From assembly GCA_051117555.1 (NCBI GenBank), contig JBNPEG010000074.1:1-64000 (forward strand): a stretch of 64,000 bases of DNA. Reading direction: 5' to 3'. Origin of the DNA: Elainellaceae cyanobacterium. GTDB lineage: Bacteria; Cyanobacteriota; Cyanobacteriia; CAZCXK01. The notes under the pieces were generated by a model that was not told where the DNA came from, ran no database searches, and was given only the letters and a program-made list of their open reading frames with translations. Every line of letters starts with the position of its first letter. Within the stretch, counting starts at the first letter, position 1. The position numbers and the translations under genes are program-made. This document shows positions 20,300 through 28,395 of the stretch, piece by piece.

Positions 20300-21290
20300 A
20301 GACTACCTCGATCAGATGGGTCACTTGATATTGCTTGACGGATTCCATCCACTGCTCACTGCCTGAATTCCACATAGTGGTCACCTGACTATGCGCTTCT
20401 ATGCGGGCTTCATAAGCACCAGAGATGTTGCCATCCGGTGAACTGAAATCAATCCGAACCTCTGCCCAGTCGGGATAGTCGGCATCGGGATCAGAAATTG
20501 CTAAGGTCTCTCCACTCTTAAGATAATTGAGCCAGTCCCAGCCTTCTTTTATCCAGATTTCCCGTTCGGCAATTTGCTCAGCCCAAGCCAGTCCCGCCCA
20601 ACCTCGATAGAACGCTCGCAATTCCGAGACAGAACCCTGACGGTGTATTAGCAAATCTAAAATTTCTGGCTCTAAATGCCCCCAATAACATCCTTCAGGC
20701 ATATCCAACAGAGTAGGTGCAAATTGATGTCCCCCGATGTGAGTACATCGCCAGATCCGAAGCGGTAAATTCGTGTAGTCTTTGCGAAGTTTTCGGTAAA
20801 TGGGATAACCAAACCGACCACAGGCAAGATCATAACTGCCATGCGTGCAGATCATCATGTCTCGAAAGTGACTGGTTTGCTGTCGATAGGGATCAAATTG
20901 AGACATCTCATCTGGTTGTTCCAGGAGAGCTTTTGCTAACGGGATAAGCTCCTCTTGGGGAATGATAAATTCTTGTTTTTCAAATTGAGCAAAGCGCCCA
21001 CTAGGTCGTTGATAGTGTAGTATGCGAGTTTGACTTGGGTTTGCATCATAATCAGGGGCGATCGCCATGACTCTAGCACTGGTGCCCTTTTCTTGACGTA
21101 ATGCCTTTGCCATTTTGTGAATTACACCCAACTGCGGATGCTCATAGACAAAGTTTTTGAACCACGGTTCTGGAAACTCAATAAACAGAAACTGATCATA
21201 TTTCACGGCAGAGCCAATGGGATCTTCGCCATTGGCTTTAGAAACTTCGCAGCAGAGTCGGCAATCTTTAGTGATGTCAATTTGAGTCAT
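20298..21290 (-). CDS. Sucrase/ferredoxin-like (thioredoxin-fold 2Fe-2S, Apd1/Aim32-type) protein
   Basis: GEDPIGSA, ICTHGSYDLACGRFG (C-x8-C), THIGGHQFAP (H-x3-H). Confidence 0.85.
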   Translation of the reverse strand: MTQIDITKDCRLCCEVSKANGEDPIGSAVKYDQFLFIEFPEPWFKNFVYEHPQLGVIHKMAKALRQEKGTSARVMAIAPDYDANPSQTRILHYQRPSGRFAQFEKQEFIIPQEELIPLAKALLEQPDEMSQFDPYRQQTSHFRDMMICTHGSYDLACGRFGYPIYRKLRKDYTNLPLRIWRCTHIGGHQFAPTLLDMPEGCYWGHLEPEILDLLIHRQGSVSELRAFYRGWAGLAWAEQIAEREIWIKEGWDWLNYLKSGETLAISDPDADYPDWAEVRIDFSSPDGNISGAYEARIEAHSQVTTMWNSGSEQWMESVKQYQVTHLIEVV

Positions 21291-22297
21291 AGTTTTGTTG
21301 GGAGTAGATATCTAAACAAATCATCCAGAATCAAATTCGCAGTTATTGGTCCTCCTCCTTGAAAATAATCTCCAACGGTGTAAATTCTTCCTTGTTGAAC
21401 GACCTGTAATTGTTCCCAAATAGAATCTTTCTTCAGTGTTTCTAGTTCAGTTTGTGCAGCTTGTCGTTCACTGGCGACTCCACCCCATGCTCTTAGAAAC
21501 ATGGCATCACTTTCTAGCTCATTCAAACGTTCTTTACTCAGTGCCCAGTTTTGAGACGTGTATCGATTCAAGGCTGGGGCGAGGGATAATCCTGCCTCTT
21601 GAATGATGGCGAGTGCAAACGAATCCTTGGTATCGAGAATAATGGCATCCGCTCGAATTTCAATAGAAGAGATTGTAAATGGCAAATGGGAGTGCATTTC
21701 TGCTTTGAACCGCTCTATTCGCGAATCATAATTGTCCATCACTTGCTGAGCTTTCTGGGTTTTATCTAATGCCTCCGCAAATAACCAAAACGTACTCTTC
21801 CAATCTTCTGCTTCATCCAGAACCGTCGGCGCAATTTGTGACAGTTGAGGATAAACTTGGGCAATTCTGGATTCATGTCCCAAAATCAAATCTGGGTTTA
21901 GTTCTAGGAGGCGTTCTAGATTCGGACCCTGAGGACTGCTGATGTCCTCAATGCCCTGCCATTGTTCGGCAGGTAGCTTTTCTTTAACATAACCAAGAAC
22001 GTTGGGCGTTGCGGCGATCGGCTTTACTCCCAGTGCCAACACCGGATCTAACTCTGTCCCTCCCCAAACTACAATCCGCTGAGGATTGGTAGGCACGCAG
22101 GTTTCACCGAGAGCATGATGGACAACTTGGCAGCCTGTTGCTGGAGAGGATTCCAGTTCAGTCTGATTGGAATGGACAGGTGAATTGCTAATGCAACCCG
22201 TAACCCAAAGAATCGAGACGATGACGAGTACACTAAACTTGAGCGATCGGTGCAGTCGGCGTAACTGAATTAATACAGAGCGAGTGAAACGCAGCAT
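21287..22297 (-). CDS. Iron-siderophore ABC substrate-binding lipoprotein
   Basis: Lipobox WVTGC, HALGETCVPTNPQRIVV, PNLERLLELNPDLILG, GPITANLILDDL. Confidence 0.92.
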   Translation of the reverse strand: MLRFTRSVLIQLRRLHRSLKFSVLVIVSILWVTGCISNSPVHSNQTELESSPATGCQVVHHALGETCVPTNPQRIVVWGGTELDPVLALGVKPIAATPNVLGYVKEKLPAEQWQGIEDISSPQGPNLERLLELNPDLILGHESRIAQVYPQLSQIAPTVLDEAEDWKSTFWLFAEALDKTQKAQQVMDNYDSRIERFKAEMHSHLPFTISSIEIRADAIILDTKDSFALAIIQEAGLSLAPALNRYTSQNWALSKERLNELESDAMFLRAWGGVASERQAAQTELETLKKDSIWEQLQVVQQGRIYTVGDYFQGGGPITANLILDDLFRYLLPTKL

Positions 22298-22312
22298 GAA
22301 TAAACCTATCGA

Positions 22313-24841
22313 TCAAAATGTAACTGAAATAGAGCCAATGATGGTGAAGGGTGCCCCTGGCTTGACGGTAACTCGACCAAACTCTACGCCTTCGAAATAA
22401 TCGATATCGAACAGATTGCGAATATTCACGCCAGCTCTCCAATTATCTTGTCTGTAATATAGAGCTGCATCGGTTCTTAGGTAACTCGGCAGCTCAAAGG
22501 TGTTTGCATCATCACCGGATCTTTCGCCAACAAAAAACAAACCTACGCCAAACCCTAACCCTTCGAGTGTGCCTTGCTGAATTTCATAGGTTGTCCATAA
22601 ACTAGCGCTGTTTTCAGGGACATTAGACGGACGGTTTCCATCAGGAATACCAAACACGCCTTCCGTAATTTCAGCATCCGTGTAGGCATAGGAGGCGATG
22701 AGACTCCATCCAGGTAGAGGTTCTCCAACTATATCGAGTTCGATACCACGACTGCGCTGTTCCCCAACCGCAACAGAAAACGTAAACGTAGGATCGTTGG
22801 GGTCAGAATCGGCAATATTCGTTTTTGTCAGATCATAGAAAGCTAGGTTGGTTGAGAGTCTGCCGTCCAGCAGTTCAGCTCGCGCACCAATCTCATACTG
22901 CGTTCCCCGTTCAGGTTCGAGAGGTTCACCATCGGCGGTAATGCCGAAGTTTGGTGCAAAGGAGCGGCTAAAGCTGGCATAGAGCGAGAGTGGCTCAATC
23001 GGTTGATAGACGATTCCCACTCGTGGACTGAAGGCTTCATCATATCGGCTGGAGGATGAACCAAAACGCACCTCAAGCTGGTCAGAGAAGTCGAATCGAC
23101 CCCCTAGAAGTAGCTTCAGATTATCTGTAAATGAAATTAAATCCTGTAAATAAACACCTACGGTATCTGTCTCACGACGGCTATCACGAATTAGATTCGT
23201 GAACTCATCTAGATCAGGTTGGGGAATCACTTCATACACTGGGTCAAAAATATTGATACTCGGGGTTTCTGGGAATTCCCGATTCGTCCCCTGACTAAAG
23301 TTTCGGAAGTAGTCAACACCAACCACAACATCATGCTCAACCGGTCCAGTTAAGAAACTTCCCGATACCGCCGTTTGAAATTCAAATAGTTGCCGCAGAT
23401 CATCATTAGATCGATAGAAACGAGATAGTTCTCCGGTGGTTTCATTGTCAACCTCAAAACGCGGATCAGCCTTTACATCTAAAGTATCCGATGATGAAAA
23501 GCGAAAGGCATTGCGAATTTGCCAATCTTCACTAAATTCATGCTCTAAGCGATATCCAATGCTGTAAGATTCATTCTCTAGAAAGTCATCAGGCTCACCC
23601 AAAATGCGATCAATTGGGATATCTGCGACTTCATCACCAATGGCAACAAGTCCTCGATCAAACGGACGTTCATCATATAAGTACTCAAACTCAAACAGAA
23701 AATTTGTGTTCTCAGAAATATCCCAACTGAGGCTTGGTGCAACAAAAAATCGTTGGATGTTTTGATCAAAATCACGGAACCCATCCGAACGCTCATACAG
23801 CGCATTCAATCGGTAAAGTACCGTTCGGTCTTCATTCAAAGGTCCTGTAAAATCGAGTTGTGGGCGCACTAATCCAAAATTGCCCAGCTGAGGGTCAAAG
23901 GTATATTCTGGAATAGTGAGAGGACGCTCTGGGATGATGTTAATGATGCCTCCTGGCTCCACATTACCAAACAGCACTGAAGCCGGCCCCTTAAGGACTT
24001 CGATGCGTTCGATATTTGCCGTTTCTTGGAGTATATCGCGCTCATCTCGAAAGCCATCCCGGAAAATATTGAATTGTCGAAACCCTCGAATAATAAACTG
24101 ATCACGAGTTCCAGCAAAGTTATCGCCCGGCACGACACCACTGACATTACGCAGTGCTTCTTCCAAACGAATAACCTGCTGATCCTCCAACACCTGCCTT
24201 GGAATCACCTGAATCGATTGAGGAATATCTCGTAGAGGTACTTCGCTGCGCGTAGCGGTGGTGGCATCATCTACTACGTATCCTTCTTCCTGCTCCCCCG
24301 TTACCACAACCTGAATCGCATCTTCCTCGGCGGCTTCTGGGTCCTCAGTTCCCGGAGTCACGTTCAATACTAATCCCTGAGTCCCTGTTCTGACTTCAGC
24401 CACAGGTGGTGCATTGATACCTGTAATGGCAACCCGCACTCGATTGCCTGGTAATTCAGTGACAGACACTAACGCGATGCCCTCGGCTGGATTTGCTGCT
24501 TGAAATTCATCCTGATCGGGCAATGCTAAAACTGCACTGGGAATATCAGCAATTAACGCATTACCGACTACAGAAGTAGGAGGAGGTGATAACTGCCCCG
24601 CTGACGTTTCCAGAACCACCTCAAGTCCATTATCGATCGGGCTAAAACGTACTCCTGTGACTTGCACTAAAGATTGGGCAAGCCATTCCTCAACTGTCGT
24701 AGCAGGTTGGTCTAACTCATTCAAATGAGGGATTTCAGAAACTGAGAGACTTGCCGTATGCTCGACTTCGTCTGCCCAAACTGGTAGTCCTCCGACAGAC
24801 ATTACACATGTTAGCCCTATCAACCGATGCCAATTTGCCAT
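22313..24841 (-). CDS. TonB-dependent siderophore receptor with AMIN domain, FhuA-like (TBDT-3)
   Basis: IPQSIQVIPRQVLEDQ, RIEVLKGPASVLFG, GEQRSRGIELD, terminal F; start ATG 24841 or GTG 24850. Confidence 0.93.
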   Translation of the reverse strand: MANWHRLIGLTCVMSVGGLPVWADEVEHTASLSVSEIPHLNELDQPATTVEEWLAQSLVQVTGVRFSPIDNGLEVVLETSAGQLSPPPTSVVGNALIADIPSAVLALPDQDEFQAANPAEGIALVSVTELPGNRVRVAITGINAPPVAEVRTGTQGLVLNVTPGTEDPEAAEEDAIQVVVTGEQEEGYVVDDATTATRSEVPLRDIPQSIQVIPRQVLEDQQVIRLEEALRNVSGVVPGDNFAGTRDQFIIRGFRQFNIFRDGFRDERDILQETANIERIEVLKGPASVLFGNVEPGGIINIIPERPLTIPEYTFDPQLGNFGLVRPQLDFTGPLNEDRTVLYRLNALYERSDGFRDFDQNIQRFFVAPSLSWDISENTNFLFEFEYLYDERPFDRGLVAIGDEVADIPIDRILGEPDDFLENESYSIGYRLEHEFSEDWQIRNAFRFSSSDTLDVKADPRFEVDNETTGELSRFYRSNDDLRQLFEFQTAVSGSFLTGPVEHDVVVGVDYFRNFSQGTNREFPETPSINIFDPVYEVIPQPDLDEFTNLIRDSRRETDTVGVYLQDLISFTDNLKLLLGGRFDFSDQLEVRFGSSSSRYDEAFSPRVGIVYQPIEPLSLYASFSRSFAPNFGITADGEPLEPERGTQYEIGARAELLDGRLSTNLAFYDLTKTNIADSDPNDPTFTFSVAVGEQRSRGIELDIVGEPLPGWSLIASYAYTDAEITEGVFGIPDGNRPSNVPENSASLWTTYEIQQGTLEGLGFGVGLFFVGERSGDDANTFELPSYLRTDAALYYRQDNWRAGVNIRNLFDIDYFEGVEFGRVTVKPGAPFTIIGSISVTF

Positions 24842-24869
24842 TGCTCTCACACCAATTCAGCCTTGCAAA

Positions 24870-24884
24870 TGAGAATGATATGCA
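24870..24884. promoter_or_regulatory. Fur-like box upstream of TBDT-3
   Basis: TGAGAATGATATGCA. Confidence 0.7.
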
Positions 24885-24925
24885 AGAAGCATAGGATATG
24901 AAGTGCTATATCAGGAAGCTGATTT

Positions 24926-24968
24926 TGGCTACAGGATGGATTATTTGTATCACTCTCTGGATTTTTTG
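24926..24968 (-). promoter_or_regulatory. Degenerate 21-bp-period repeat overlapping the AraC-4 stop
   Basis: Minus strand CAAAAAATCCA and CAAATAATCCA, 21 nt apart. Confidence 0.45.
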
Positions 24969-25978
24969 ATCTCAAGGACAGGCGCTTGGATTATATCCAA
25001 CTGATAGGCTTTTGGATTAACCCCAAACTTTCGTTTGAATGCCTTTGCAAAATAGCCAGCATGAGTGTATCCAATCGTGCGAGCAACTTGCTGCACAGAT
25101 AATCGTCCTTCTGCAAGCAAAAGGCGAGCTCGCTCTAAGCGGTAATCTCGTAAGTACCCAAAGACAGTAGTGTCAAAAATCTGGCGAAATCCCTGCTTGA
25201 GCTTAAAGTCATTCAGTCCGACCTGTCGCGCCAAGCTCAGGATAGAGGGAGGATTTTCCATCTGCTCAGTCAAGATTGCTTTAGCATGATGGAGTCGTTC
25301 AATCTCGTCGGCTTTAAGGAAAGAGGTATGTTGAGAGGTTCTGTCTTCTTCCGTAAACTGCAAAAATTGTAGTGCTGACAGTTCTAGCACTTTTCCTTCT
25401 AGATACATTTGCTTGATCGATCCTTGGTAGGGACAGTGCAAGATTTGATGAAGAATCACCTGCATTTCAGGAGTTGTCCTGCCCTGACGGTAAAACGAGT
25501 TGGGAGTTTCTCCATTGGCTAAAGGTTGTAATTCACGAGGAAATGTAATGGATTCTCCGAATTTTTTGAGTGCATCAGAATTCAAGCCCAAGCGGATTCT
25601 AACCACCTTTTCTTCGGCAAAAAAATGATCGATTTCGCCCCCCTCCTGAACACACTCAAAGTAATGACCTCCGGCTGCTTCCAGGTTCTCGTCGGTGAGT
25701 CCCTGGTGGCAGTTCTTCATGGTTCCTGAAATAAAAAAGCTAGAAGCCGGTCCCCAAGTGGTCGGTTCCATTTTGAAAATGACATCCTCTGTGACCTTAA
25801 ATTCTCGAATAGTCAGCCACAGGTTACGCAGCTTTATCGTTCGACACCATCCTTCTTCGAGAGAGCTGCTCCAGACGCTCTTGGTTTCAAAGGGATCAGG
25901 ATGGTAGGTTTCCATTTTGCTGGAAACATCTGCTTCCCATAGTTCATCCCAATCTTGCGTTGAAAGAATTAATGGCAT
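24950..25978 (-). CDS. PchR-like AraC family regulator (AraC-4)
   Basis: HQILHCPYQG, MYLEGKVLEL, VGLNDFKLKQGFRQIF, IGYTHAGYFAKAFKRKFG. Confidence 0.92.
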   Translation of the reverse strand: MPLILSTQDWDELWEADVSSKMETYHPDPFETKSVWSSSLEEGWCRTIKLRNLWLTIREFKVTEDVIFKMEPTTWGPASSFFISGTMKNCHQGLTDENLEAAGGHYFECVQEGGEIDHFFAEEKVVRIRLGLNSDALKKFGESITFPRELQPLANGETPNSFYRQGRTTPEMQVILHQILHCPYQGSIKQMYLEGKVLELSALQFLQFTEEDRTSQHTSFLKADEIERLHHAKAILTEQMENPPSILSLARQVGLNDFKLKQGFRQIFDTTVFGYLRDYRLERARLLLAEGRLSVQQVARTIGYTHAGYFAKAFKRKFGVNPKAYQLDIIQAPVLEIKKSRE

Positions 25979-26021
25979 GGCGATCGCAACAAACTGTGCT
26001 GTCGGTTTGTCTAAACTTTAA

Positions 26022-26036
26022 TGAAATCAATTCTCA
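26022..26036. promoter_or_regulatory. Fur-like box upstream of AraC-4
   Basis: TGAAATCAATTCTCA. Confidence 0.65.
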
Positions 26037-26055
26037 TCTGGTATAGGCAATGTCG

Positions 26056-26245
26056 TCAAGCGATCGCCAACCCGATGACGCGCCATTGCTGCGGTTTCAG
26101 ATAATCCGATAGAAGAGTTCCATATTGCCTAGGAATTCGCATGAAGTCAATTCACTGTCTAGGGCAATGAGGAGTCTATCGTAAAACTTCATGCAATCTG
26201 ACTCCTAAACGGAGTTTTTTGGCTCTTAGACGGAATCTTTTGGTC
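26056..26245 (-). pseudogene. Remnant copy of the ABC-A promoter and first 28 codons
   Basis: 26142-26056 translates MRIPRQYGTLLSDYLKPQQWRVIGLAIA* versus ABC-A MRIPLKQYGSLLSDYLKPQQGRVIGLAIALL; upstream TAGACT and 21-bp repeats also conserved. Confidence 0.88.
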
Positions 26246-26320
26246 GAATTAAAGCACCTCCGATCGCCCCCATCACACGCCACACGTTAAAATTAGGTCA
26301 CATTAAGACAGGTTCAGCTC

Positions 26321-26923
26321 ATGATTCCCCTCGTGTTGGAAATGGCGACAGCGGATATTCACCTGAGCGACGAGCAGTTTTATCGACTCTGTCAGGTCAA
26401 CCGAGACTTGAGGTTAGAGCGTACCGCTGAAGGAAAGTTGATTATCATGCCACCAACCGGATGGGAAACGGGAAACCGCAACTTTAGATTGGTTCAACGA
26501 TTAGGTAACTGGGCTGATACCGATGGCACAGGCATCGGGTTTGATTCTTCCACGGGCTTCATCTTGCCGAATGGTGCGATTCGTTCGCCTGATGCAGCGT
26601 GGGTGAAGCGAGAAAGATTAGAGGCACTTCGCCCCGACCCCGACCGATTTTTACCACTTTGTCCAGATTTTGCGGTTGAGCTGCGCTCTGCTACTGATGA
26701 TCTCAACACAGCACGAGCTAAGATGCAGGAATATTTGGAAAATGGAATGCAGTTGGGCTGGTTGCTTGACCCGTATAATCAGCAGGCTGAAGTGTATAGA
26801 GTTGGGCGCTTCTCCGAAGGAGAGACTACGCCAACAGTTGAGATATTGAAATCTCCAACAGAGCTATCGGGTGAGTCTATGTTGCCTGGATTTGTGCTGC
26901 AACTTGATAAGATTTTGTTGTAA
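26321..26923 (+). CDS. Uma2 family endonuclease-like protein
   Basis: LERTAEGKLIIMPP, FDSSTGFILPNGAIRSPDAAWV, CPDFAVELRS, KMQEY. Confidence 0.92.
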   Translation: MIPLVLEMATADIHLSDEQFYRLCQVNRDLRLERTAEGKLIIMPPTGWETGNRNFRLVQRLGNWADTDGTGIGFDSSTGFILPNGAIRSPDAAWVKRERLEALRPDPDRFLPLCPDFAVELRSATDDLNTARAKMQEYLENGMQLGWLLDPYNQQAEVYRVGRFSEGETTPTVEILKSPTELSGESMLPGFVLQLDKILL

Positions 26924-26952
26924 ATAAAATCTACGACCTCACGTTGGGTGAA

Positions 26953-27336
26953 CTAACCGATTTGAGGGGCAGGTGGAATTCGCGCTAATCGAGCTGGCTG
27001 CAAAATTTCGGGAAGTTTAAACCGGGGCACATAGCCATCCCCGCTATCCAAATACAGTTCACAAAGCTGGAGCAGGGACGAGGCGACTTCAGTGGATGGT
27101 AAGTCTACAAAAAGAAATGTTGGCTTCTCAGAACTAACAATCGCTACAGCACAGGGGCGATCGCAAATACACAGGCATCCAACAGGTTCAATCTGCAATT
27201 CTGACTGTCGTGGCCAGCTCTCATACAAGTTCATTAGTTGAGTTAACAACGCTTCTCCATCCAAACTCTCTTCTGGCTGATCGTGTGCGGCTGTCAAGCT
27301 ACACGATTTACAAACAAACAGCGTATGGTTTTTCAT
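26953..27336 (-). CDS. DUF1636 family Cys-rich (thioredoxin-like ferredoxin fold) protein
   Basis: LFVCKSC, VGCLCICDRPCAVA, ARIPP; overlaps the SBP stop. Confidence 0.82.
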   Translation of the reverse strand: MKNHTLFVCKSCSLTAAHDQPEESLDGEALLTQLMNLYESWPRQSELQIEPVGCLCICDRPCAVAIVSSEKPTFLFVDLPSTEVASSLLQLCELYLDSGDGYVPRFKLPEILQPARLARIPPAPQIG

Positions 27337-28334
27337 GATTGCGGTGTCTCCACAAAGTACTTAAACAAGTCATCAATGACGGCATGAGCCGCGATCGGGC
27401 CATCACCAATCCAGTATCCAGGAACTTCGTAAACGCGATCCTGCTGGATGGCGGTTAACGTAGCCCAGAGCGGATCAGATTTCAGTTTTTCCTTCTGGGT
27501 TTGCGCCTGTCGAGCAATTTCATCTTGATGACCATAGGTCCAAAGAAAAACTACGTCTCCATCAATATCAGGTATTTTTTCTCGACTGATTTCGTACTGA
27601 ATTGGATTACTAAATAGGGCGTTTGCTTCAGATGCAGTGAAATTTTGGGAAGGAGGACGAGATAATCCGGCATCAGCGACAATCGTGCCACAGAAGGAAT
27701 CTTTGAGATATAGATTAATATGAGTTGGATAAACCCGTACAATCGAAACATCTATCGTAGTTGTACGGGTTTCCATTTGCTGTTGGAAGTCTTCCAAGCG
27801 CTGGTAATAGCCATCCATCACCTGCTCGGCTTCCGCAGTTTTGCCCAGCACTTCAGCATAATCCATCAAAAAGTCTTTCCACTCACCACTATGGTCGTAG
27901 GAAATTAGTACCGTCGGGGCAATTTGGGAAAGGGCATTGTAGCTGCTGTTCACATAGTCCCCTCCTAAGATGAAGTCTGGCTTGAGAGCCAGAATTTTCT
28001 CTAAACTAGGAGCATCAGTTCCGCCAACGTCTGCAATTCCGTTCACTCTTTCTTTCAAATAATATTCATCTGGCCCCACAGCATCGCTGCCAATGGGTGT
28101 CACGCCCAGGCTTAAGGCATAATCTAACCCCCCTAATACAACAATCCGTTGCGGGTTGTTGGGAACGCAAGTTTCTCCCATGGCATGACTGACCATGCGA
28201 CAGTCTGATGGGGTGAGCGATCCGCTCTCAGAGACGACGGCATTGCTTCCGCAGGCTGTGACGATTACGAAGGCTAGGAGGCTAAGGGCGATCGCCCGAA
28301 GATACCGCCAGTGAAACACAATGGGTCTATCCAT
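27333..28334 (-). CDS. Iron-siderophore ABC substrate-binding lipoprotein
   Basis: Lipobox IVTAC, HAMGETCVPNNPQRIVVL, PSLEKILALKPDFILG, GPIAAHAVIDDL. Confidence 0.92.
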   Translation of the reverse strand: MDRPIVFHWRYLRAIALSLLAFVIVTACGSNAVVSESGSLTPSDCRMVSHAMGETCVPNNPQRIVVLGGLDYALSLGVTPIGSDAVGPDEYYLKERVNGIADVGGTDAPSLEKILALKPDFILGGDYVNSSYNALSQIAPTVLISYDHSGEWKDFLMDYAEVLGKTAEAEQVMDGYYQRLEDFQQQMETRTTTIDVSIVRVYPTHINLYLKDSFCGTIVADAGLSRPPSQNFTASEANALFSNPIQYEISREKIPDIDGDVVFLWTYGHQDEIARQAQTQKEKLKSDPLWATLTAIQQDRVYEVPGYWIGDGPIAAHAVIDDLFKYFVETPQS

Positions 28335-28395
28335 AGAACATTGTCGTGAATTGAACTACTCTGGCAAGGGCATCGCATTGCAATGCCCCTACCCG

